Positions 13,430-22,384 of a DNA stretch of 64,000 nt are shown here, piece after piece. Position 1 is the first letter of the stretch. Each line of letters begins with the position of its first letter. Position numbers and translations under genes: made by a program. Origin of the DNA: Enoplolaimus lenunculus (taxonomy: Eukaryota); the NCBI GenBank assembly GCA_030248215.1, contig JASANG010000273.1:496001-560000 (forward strand), in the 5' to 3' direction. The notes beneath the pieces were generated by a model that had not been told where the DNA came from, made no database searches, and saw nothing but the letters and a program-made list of their open reading frames with translations.

Positions 13430-13505
13430 TGAGGCGGCGTGGCTCAGTGGATAGCGCGCTGGACTGAAAAATCTGTCGACCGAGTTCGAAACCTCCTGGG
13501 AGCGT
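13430..13505 (+). pseudogene. tRNA-derived sequence (Phe-GAA-like loop), copy 2, 3'-truncated
   Basis: Identical to 13036-13111 up to gggagcgt. Confidence 0.65.
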
Positions 13506-13694
13506 TCGTACCCTAGCCTACCCAACTTATCGAACCTCAACATACACATGCTTCTTGGTTCTTCAATGTTTTTACCGCTTCTGCATATGAAGGACTACAT
13601 ATGCATCAACGTTTTACCGATGTGCAACATTTGCATGAGGTTATTAGTTGTCTCTATGCATCCGCATGTCACAGTTTCAGCGACATTTTCAAAA

Positions 13695-13830
13695 GTTTAC
13701 GTGCTAATTTTGTAATGCTGACGTTACGTTATAATTTTCAAACAATAATTAACAAACAACAAACGCCCATTGGCTAATGTGGAACTAGACGCGAATGACG
13801 AAATGTAAACGGCGATGGCGGATGGCTTTC
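13695..13830 (-). promoter_or_regulatory. Candidate RB1CC1 promoter or non-coding first exon
   Basis: First unique sequence upstream of the repeat array. It has a minus-strand CCAAT box (attgg ~13769), CCGCCAT (~13814-13820), TGACG motifs and a possible donor CAC|GTAAAC at 13700. Motif-level inference only. Confidence 0.25.
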
Positions 13831-14899
13831 AAACAGCACTAGCTAGCTCTCTTTTATTTATGTTTAAATGCGGTATACATCTATGCACTGTACTCAGCAC
13901 CATCTAAACAAATTCAACGTTTCCTGGAACCCATGGCAAATCCAAGTTGGGGCCATGCCGATATAGCTTCCCAACACACAACATTATGTTTTAGAACTTC
14001 CTCGATACGCCACTTCCTAAATGGAAATACCAGCTTTTTTCCGTTGTGGTTTTTGCATGTATTAATGCCAGATTGTAACCGGATATCCGTTTCCGTTTCC
14101 AGTATACATCGGTATGTGTTTCTGTTCCCGTTTCCGTTATAGATATATTGGAAATTCTGTTATTTGAACGCTGCATTCAGAGGTTTTCAATGAGTTACAA
14201 GCAACGTTGAAAAGAATGAGTTTATTCCTAAGCAGCCTAAGCAAAACAACAAAAATTAGTCTAAAGCTTAAGCTTATTCTATTCTTGTCCGACGAAAAAA
14301 ACGCTGCGCCCACGATCTTTACATGGGCTAAAATTTCGATGCATCCGCCATTTTTCCTTCAAAATTTTAGAAAACCTGGTGAATATTTGCACACCTCAAT
14401 GGTGTTCGCAGAAAAATAAAACATTTTTGAAACTTGTACACTGTAATATCTGTTTTCCGATTTCACGCATGACGAGGCAGCTAAAAAAATTGTTCGCCTC
14501 ACTGGTCCCCCGAGCCGTGGATCCTGCAGGAACTGTGGTAGTGTAGTTCTGGAGCTACTACTCCTCATATACTACTGTCAGTTATCATTAGTGTAGGACA
14601 GAGAGCGACGCACAGCAAGGACACAATAGTGACAATATGTTGGTTCAAAGCGAGATCCAGCTAAATTACGGGGCGCCGGACATTACGCCTTTGGAGCATC
14701 ATAATTACGGAGCGCCAAGCTTCTATTCTGACGCAGCTTCGCTTTATTCCGAAGAAAAAGTGCCGGGTTCTACCCGGAATCAACACAAATTAACAATCAT
14801 CCTGTTCCATATCAAGGAGAGCCTGTTACTGCAATGCCTGCACACAAACCAATAATTCAGAAACATAGGACAATTTTTGACACACAGGAAATACACACG

Positions 14900-15250
14900 A
14901 ACAGCAACCTAAAATAATGAAAAGAAAGAAAACAGCCACCGAAACCGCGCCGACACCGAAAAGCCACAAGAAAACGACCCGACCGCGCCACCAACAAAAA
15001 GAAAAAGCAACCACCCACAAAGCAAAAATAAAAAAAAAAAAAAAAAAACACACAAACAAAAAAAAAAAAAAAAAAACAAAAAAAAAAAAAAAAAAAAAAA
15101 AACAAACAACAAAACACCAAAAAAAACAAAAAAAAACCCACAAAAACAAAAAAAAAAACAAAAAAAAAAAAAAAAAATAAAAAACAAAAAAAAAAAAAAA
15201 AAAAAAAAAAAAACAAAAAAAAAAAAAAAAAAAACAAAAACCACAAAAAA
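14900..15250. repeat. A/C-only low-complexity tract (probable consensus artefact)
   Basis: Poly-A runs interrupted almost only by C. The poly-F and poly-K ORFs here arise from base composition. Confidence 0.8.
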
Positions 15251-15978
15251 ATGCTTTCGCCAAAATATTTGATGAAATGATAAAACCAGTTAGGAAAGCG
15301 GTTTTTCACACTGGAACCCGACGGCCAACTGCAACTAGGCTAACGTCTCCAACGCGTATTTAGTAAAAATTGAAGAACAAAAAACAACTACCTTTTATAC
15401 TGGGTTTTGGCCTATGTTCAAGAGTATTTGTTTTAAGCAGGTTTTGTCTAAACTTTGAAGCCTAAGTGACAACTCAAACAACCAAATCATCATTTTATTT
15501 TTACTGGTTATTGGTTCGGTATTTCATGCACTCCTAATAAAGGATAGACTGAACCCGGGATTCTACTCTGTAGTGGAAAATGCACTTCGCAACTTGAACA
15601 TAGCTAAAGACAACATATATCCTATCAATGCCTAAATGAACAAAACACAAAACATCTAAGCAATAATGTTGACACTAAGAAATATCGAAACAACTGTTTA
15701 TGTCTTTGCAAACTTCCATTAATTTACATATTGTGACTTTGCTGAAACGCTGCCAAAATACGTGGGGTGTTCCAGCTTTATATAAATTTAAACCACAAGT
15801 TAAAATTCTGGACTGCAAAGTCTCAGAACGCATACGTGGATATTTTGCAAATTTAATGATGCACGGGGTTTTTGAAAAAAAATTGCGTAGAGGTAATGCC
15901 AGTGAATCATTTTTGCAGCTTTCAGCACCAGTTGGCGCCTAATAGACGTAGCCGGAGCGTATTGAAACACATGTCGCA

Positions 15979-16189
15979 CACTGCAAAAAATGGTGAGTCA
16001 AATTGACTCTCCCCGAAATAGGCTCTACGGGACTACACAAACTGAATCAAAATTCGACTCCGCCAGAGTCAAATTCGACTCACTGAGTCGCACGCTTGAC
16101 TCTGGCGGAGTCGAATTTTGACTCAGTTTGTGTAGTCCCGTAGAGCTTATTTCGGATAGAGTCAAATTGACTCACCATTATTTGCAGTG
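15979..16189. mobile_element. Palindromic MITE with CACTG...CAGTG ends and 2-bp TSD (CA); CACTA/EnSpm(CMC)-like
   Basis: Near-perfect ~100-bp arms with internal GAGTCAAA/TTGACTC repeats, flanked by ca on both sides. Confidence 0.8.
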
Positions 16190-16193
16190 CAAT

Positions 16194-16445
16194 TATAGAT
16201 AGGCACCGAAAATCCACATACGAAAAATATACGGATATGTATCCGAAATGAAACGTGTACCCGGATATCCGAATATCCGCTGGATATCTCAAACGCTATA
16301 TTATGTAAAATAAATTTTTGAAATAATTTACATTGTTTCTCAACAAAAGTAGTTGGAGTTGACGAAAAGAAATTCTGCATTCAACCGTGAGTCGAAATAT
16401 CTGCATAATTATTCCATGATGATAAAAATCTTCATTTTTAAAACA
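16194..16445 (+). mobile_element. Truncated left end of the hAT-like element at 17269
   Basis: Aligns by eye with 17269-17510 (gat.ggcaccg, GGATATCC repeats, aaagtag.tggagttgacgaaa). Confidence 0.7.
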
Positions 16446-16572
16446 TGTTAACTTAAAAACTTCAGTTTAGTATATTTTATCGGTAGAATAACTTCGTATT
16501 TTTAAACAATATCTTAAAGTAACCCAGTGGAAAATTTGCTTTGAATATATATACACACCATAATTACTAAAT

Positions 16573-16936
16573 TGGCCAATGTTACCCTAAAGGCCGTCCC
16601 ATTTTCCCGGGAGAGAAATGTACCAGGAGTACCCGTCCCATTTTCCCGGGACAGCAATGTACAAGGAGTAAATACAAAAAATAAATTGGGAAAGCGAGAC
16701 AGTTGGTACAGATGAGACATTGGGACAAATGAGACAGTTGAGACAGCTGGGACAGATGGGACAGATGGAACAGTTGGGACAGATGGGACAGTTGAAACAG
16801 TTGGGACAGATGGGACAGTTATATATCCTACGTATATCTTCTACCTGTGCATATGTAAATAGGAGCGCATAAGTGTGCACTCCGGGTATATTTCTGTCCC
16901 GGGAAATTGGGACGGCCTTTATAGTAACACGGGCCA
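16573..16936. mobile_element. MITE with ~55-bp TIRs and internal 9-bp GGGACAGTT/GGGACAGAT minisatellite
   Basis: tggccaatgttaccctaaaggccgtcccattttcccggga is inverted at tcccgggaaattgggacggcctttatagtaacacgggcca. The 9-mer array spans 16695-16820. No clear TSD. Confidence 0.75.
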
Positions 16937-17051
16937 CTAAGTTTATGAATAAACAGCTTCATTCGTTTGATGCAAAAGAGCTTTTTAATAGTCTGAGTTT
17001 TTATTTTTAGTCAGAAGCAATTGAAAATTAACAGTATTAAATAGGTACTTA

Positions 17052-17251
17052 TACTGCAAAAAATGGTGATTCAAACTGACTCTCTTCGAAATAGGCTTTT
17101 CCTGACTTCATAAACGGAGTCAAAATTCGACTCCACCTGAGTCAAATTTGACTCTGTTTGACTCTGGCGGAGTCGAATTTTGACTCAGTTTGTGTAGTCA
17201 GAAAAAGCCTATTTCGGAGAGAGTCAATTTAACTCACCATTTTTTGCAGTG
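17052..17251. mobile_element. Second copy of the CACTG palindromic MITE, TSD TA
   Basis: tactgcaaaaaatggtga ... tcaccattttttgcagtg, flanked by ta on both sides. Confidence 0.8.
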
Positions 17252-17268
17252 TACGCTAAACCAGTCAT

Positions 17269-19098
17269 TACAGATGGGCACCGTATATCCGGATATAAAT
17301 CCGAAAAGAGACGTGTATCCGGATATCCGGGTATCTGGATATCCGCCGGATATCCGAAATACTATAGTCCAAAATTTTTTGGAATAATTTGCATGATTTC
17401 ACCACCAAAGTAGCTGGAGTTGACGAAAGAAATTCTGTTTCCAAACCTCAGTTAGAATATTAAACCACATTCTTGCATAATTGTTACATGATAATTTAAA
17501 ATCTTGATTTCTTGACTTATGGTGTAAAAAATGTTTTGAAATACTTTGAATTGTTTCACCGCTAAAAGTAGCTGTACCTGACGAAAAGAAATTCTGTATT
17601 CATTCAGACCTCAGTCAGAAAACAGAACTTCTTCACTATTTTTGTGAATACGTTTTATTTTTTCGGTGTATATTGTTCGTAAAATTAAGAGCTACTGCCA
17701 GAAAAGTTGTTATAATTCTGTATCATATTGAACATTTCTTTTCTTACATCTTGTTGAATGAATACTGTCATGAGCTCTGTCCTGCAGTGGACCTTGCGTA
17801 TGAAACGTAGTTTAGTGTTTGCGCGCTTCGTCTTTTGAGTTTGAGACAAATATTAGCTAGATGGAACTATACTTCCGATGACGTCCGGCGCCGTCCGTAC
17901 GTACGGCAGTATACCAAAAAGCACATCAACTTTTACGTGGCAAAAAATTGGTAGTAAATTAGGTGCGCTAAACAAGTCATCTAACGCAAAAATGACGCAA
18001 TTCAACTCGGCGCGTCACTTCTACACGCAGTCATAAAAAATGTACATTTCTGAACTGTTGAGAATACATGTTTGTTTCCACAGCAGTCCATATAAAGATA
18101 ACAAAAAGTTAAAGTATATATTCAAGTTTTAAAAAGTTAAAATTTAATTGAAATCATCAGAGAAGGTTGTGAAGATTGAAATTGGCATTATGCTCCGATA
18201 CATCAAGACGAAGATTAGAGCGGATCTTATAGATTTGGACCAATATTAGTTTTAGCAATGTAACAACCAAAACATATTCTTACGTTTAAACCTCCTCAGC
18301 GTGATAAACACATGTCTAAAATAAAGCTTAAGCCTAAGGCCAAGCAAAAAAATTAGTACTTAAGCCTTATCTATAACGGTCTAGCGAGAAAGCGGATCCA
18401 AAGGGAGGGGGGCGACGTAGGCGTTAAGTCAGAAATTTACTTTGATAAAATGATAAGTTGCCTACTTTACAATATTTTTCTTCACAAAATTGTTTAGTGC
18501 TATAATGAAAAAAGGTCCCTGCTCCCTACCTTACAATTTTCTCCTCCGACAATTTTTTTGGGAAAAATTGCGTTTCAAACATTTACCATTCCTCCCGTCA
18601 GAAATGTCTGTATCCGCCGCTGAAAGCGGGGCACCACTAAAAGTAGCTTGAGTTGATGTTTGTACGATTTAGCGTAAGTATGTTTCAATGTGGCCCATTC
18701 TTATGGGAACGAAAAACGACTCATGTATACATAGTTCGAGGGAAGGGTGACATTCGATGGAATCTCTCTTGCAGCTGTTTAAATCAGGCGGAGGACAAGC
18801 TAAATCAATTCAATTTCAGGTTGCCAACGCAAGTATTCGGTAGTTTTTAGCAAACTTCAAAACCGAATACCCAGAACTATTGAAGCACTTGTTTAATAAA
18901 TAACAATTTTTAGAATTATATCGCTTACGCTCATAACAATCAGCTTCTGGGTCAGGGCACATTCTTAAGAACAACAAGTTAAAACAAGTGCTTATGTTAA
19001 CAAACAAAAATTGAGGTTCGGAAACCTAAAAAATGCAAAATCGAGTTTCGGATATCCGAGATATCCCGATATGAAAAAATATCCGATGCCCATCACTA
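17269..19098. mobile_element. Non-autonomous hAT-like element, 1830 bp, perfect 8-bp TSD CCAGTCAT
   Basis: Ends TACAGATGGGCACCG and CGATGCCCATCACTA, subterminal GGATATCC repeats at both ends, CCAGTCAT at 17261-17268 and 19099-19106. Confidence 0.85.
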
Positions 19099-19901
19099 CC
19101 AGTCATCAAACACAAAAATAACGCAATTCAAATCAGCGCGCCGCTCACAGTAACACATGAAAAAGTTATAAATTTCTGACTGTTGAAAATATTACATTTT
19201 TGGTTCTGCAGTAGTCCATACCAAAAGTGAACGTATATAAATTTAAGTCTTTAAAAATTCAAACTTAAATTGAAATCACGGTAGGTTATAAGAAGCCCAA
19301 TCGGCATTATGTTCCCATATAAAGACTAGAGCGGGTCCTGAAAATTTGGACCGATATTACTTTTAACAATGTAACCACCAAAACGTAAGTTTAAGAGTCC
19401 TCAGCGTATTAAACACAAGTCTAAAATAAAGCTAAAGCCTAGCACAAGCAAACACTTAGTCTAAAATTTAAGGCTACTATATGCGGTCTGAATGCGGGCG
19501 CGGGCACTGGCGGATGCAAGGGAGGGCGGGTGGGCGTGCGCATCTCGTCAGAAACTTCTTGTGACAAAATGGCAAGGCCCCTCCCTATCTTATAATTTTT
19601 CCCCTCAGAAAATTTTTTTGTTGAAAATTGCGTTTCAAAACATTTGGCAGCTGCCCATCATAAGTTTCGGAATTCGATGCTGAAAGCGGGGTATCACTAA
19701 AAATAAAACGGGCTAACGTTTTCATGATCTAGCGTCTAAGTATATTCCAATGTTGTTCCTTCTAAAATTATGGAACGCAAAACTACTCATATATAGTTCG
19801 AGGGAAGACTAACTTTCGATAGAATCTCCGTTGCAGTCGTTTAAATCAGACGGAGTCAAACCAAACAAATTCAATTTAAGGTGCGACGGACGCAAGTATT
19901 C
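17950..19901 (+). repeat. Diverged ~850-bp direct repeat pair (17950-18838 and 19099-19901)
   Basis: Collinear shared blocks such as acgcaattcaa, aattgaaatca, ggcattatg, tagagcgg...atttggacc.atatta, aaaattgcgtttcaaa, gctgaaagcgggg, atagttcgagggaag and acgcaagtattc. Confidence 0.8.
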
Positions 19902-20515
19902 ATTAATCAGCAGCGCAGAGTGTAAACGGATTTACAATTTACCGGAACCGGAATTTGAAAAACCGAAAAATTCATTTTAATTTTCTTTTTTGTAATATTG
20001 TGAAATAACACCAGTTGGAGATAGGTATTCACTTTATCTGCTGTATTTTAGATTTTCATAATACATGGAAGCGAAATCTACTTTCGATGGTTTATTTTGA
20101 AGATTGTCAAGGTTTGCATAGTATACTATTGAAATCTGTTTATCGACATTTTTTGAAAAAATTTACAAAGACCAATGTTTGTTGACTTTCAGCTCCGGTT
20201 AGATAGGAGGCGTTGAATGATATCGCAGTAGTTTTCAAATTCTGAAATAACAGATACAATGTTCAGCCTAAATATATACCCATCCGGTCCGGTTTCTTGC
20301 ACGTATCAACTGGATTAAAATTTTTTCATAAACTTTAGACTAATTGTAAAACTTTATGGTCGTAATACTAACTTAAGTCATATTCCTACCCTACGTACTT
20401 ATAGTCTCTATAAAGATAAGGGTAACACTAAGCTTAACGGCTTTACCAAACCAAAAAACTATTCTATACAGCACAAAGTCTACGCTATGGCATCGCCGTT
20501 GAAAATAGGACGTGC

Positions 20516-20930
20516 GGCCAATGTTAATACGCTAATGGCCATCCCATTGTCCCAGGACAGCAATGTGCCAGGAGTACACGCATCGGATAGTGGGGAAAGT
20601 TGGAACAGCAGGGCAGATGGTGGAGCACGGACAGTACAGGACAGTTGGAAAAGGATGTACAGCTGAGAAGTTGGAATAGCGGGAACAATATTGGGACAGT
20701 TGAGATAGTGGGAACAATTGGGACAGTTATGGTAACATTAGGGAACAATTGGGAGAGTGGGAAAGTAAGGTCGGCTGGGACAGTTGCGATTATAACAATG
20801 GGGACAGTTGGGACAGCGGCGTCAGTACGGACAGTTGAGAAGCATGGTATGTACTTTATATAGTTAAGACTTGAAACAGGAGAATTGTTGACAACGGAGC
20901 ATTGAGATAGCCGAACAACAGAGACAGTGG
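20516..20930 (+). mobile_element. Degenerate second copy of the GGGACAGTT-minisatellite MITE
   Basis: Starts ggccaatgtta...ggccatcccattgtcccaggacagcaatgtgccaggagtac, followed by degenerate gggacagtt units. Confidence 0.65.
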
Positions 20931-21522
20931 AACGACGTAACACCGGAGCAACGCATGAAATTAAACCAAATTGGTTCATGTGCGAATTCCCCAAGATTGG
21001 AAAATAAGGAAACCTCCACCCTGAAGGCGCATCGTTGCGTCACACGAATTATGTTGTTGCTTAACTAACGGCGGCAAATTTCCTATTTGGGGCCGGGGGG
21101 CGTTTGGCCCCCAAACACTTATAAAAATTTTTTATTTATTTATTCTGTAATTTATTTAAACTACCTCTACATTTTCTTTTTAACCACACAATCAAACTAT
21201 ACACTCACTTCATAAAAAACACTAAAAATATTATATATTTTCAAATTTTACATACTATTTAATAAATATAAAAAAACACATTTAAACCGCAATTGTCGCT
21301 CAAATTGTATAAACTCCAGTTTATTGTTTTTGATAAAATTTCAACAAAAACCAATAACAAAACGGCCTTAGTGAAAAACAAATAATTGTATTACAATAAA
21401 ATAACAAAATGAATCATCACGTCTAAACTAGAGAACCACAATATACAAAGTACGTATACTGCAAAAAATGGCATACACAAAGTTCTTATACCATGAATTC
21501 TTCAACACCTCAAATTGAATGA

Positions 21523-21700
21523 ACATCGTACAGCCAAGCGAAGGAGATCAAGACCAAGAAATCCAACAAAGAATTTTTCAGGTACATTTTCAACTTTGCA
21601 AAAACAACAAGTCCAAAGCAACTCAGATTAGCCTGGAATGCCTTGTCGCAAGCAGTAATAACCTTGCAGCACCTCCACCAGTTTCGAAAATGAACAGTGT
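21523..21700 (+). mobile_element. Possible degenerate 3' fragment of a non-LTR retrotransposon ORF2
   Basis: The frame from 21529 reads ...RLAWNALSQAVITLQHLHQFRK*, resembling the WNxLPxxV(x7)FK tail of CR1/L2/Jockey-type ORF2. The match is short and stop-bounded. Confidence 0.35.
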
Positions 21701-22384
21701 CTAGTTCAACATTGCAATACTTTTGAGCAACACTGTATACATTCGTTACCGCTTGTTCGATTATAATTGATTAATGAACTCAGCAACTTTAGTTCAATTA
21801 TTAATTGTAGTTAGACGTTAATTTTGATACCGAATTTAGGCGTACGGATAAAAAACATCATGAATGATTCGACGCAATTTAAATTTCGGTAGTTTCTAAG
21901 CTAAAAATCACGCTTAAGGCTTAAGGTATGAGACAACCGCAATTTGACAAAAGGGCATGCTTTAGCGATTTAAATGGTACAAATCCTGCTGGTGGCGTGA
22001 TTTGACATCAATTTAGAAACCACATATATAGAAATTGTGAGTATATTATATAGTTGCCTAAACCTTACCATAGTGTTTTATGAATGCTAGTTGAAGTTAG
22101 AGTTGGAATCAACATTTCTACATTACATACTGATGCTGAGTCGTTATATCAAATTAACTCATAAGAAATTTTTAGTGAAGTAAAAAACCTGGGTTGGGAC
22201 AGGAAATATGGCTGGTTTCACGGCAAGATTATTACGATTGGCGCAGATGTCCATTAGTATTAATTATAGTACCGCGTCATAATTCATTAATAAAAACCCT
22301 TGCATAAAACCCTAGCGCTATCCAATAAACTTAAAGTTATTAACATTTATATATATTCTCAAGTTCGCTAATTTTCGCGCAATA

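Larger units (their letters stand above)
12551..13673. repeat. Composite array of direct repeats and a long inverted arm
   Basis: A ~182-bp unit is duplicated (12551-12732 and 12733-~12916), a ~66-bp unit is duplicated (~12910-13041), and the unit is re-copied at 13279-13505. The arm TGTGACATGCGGATG...GTTGAGGTTC appears inverted at 13533-13673. Confidence 0.85.

Noticed and set aside
12345..13467. ORFs in the repeat array, and the tRNA-like units as functional tRNA genes
   Set aside because: The ORFs repeat the same peptide from duplicated units, and the anticodon and T stems of the tRNA-like units do not pair properly.
14460..14860. Relatively GC-rich intergenic stretch with short ORFs
   Set aside because: No recognisable protein motif or consistent splice structure.
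14826..15309. Poly-Phe and poly-Lys ORFs
   Set aside because: They are products of an A/C homopolymer tract that is probably low-quality sequence.
12008..22384. MDN1-RB1CC1 operon (same strand, tandem)
   Set aside because: The genes are about 10.4 kb apart with TE-filled spacing. Nothing in the sequence supports co-transcription.
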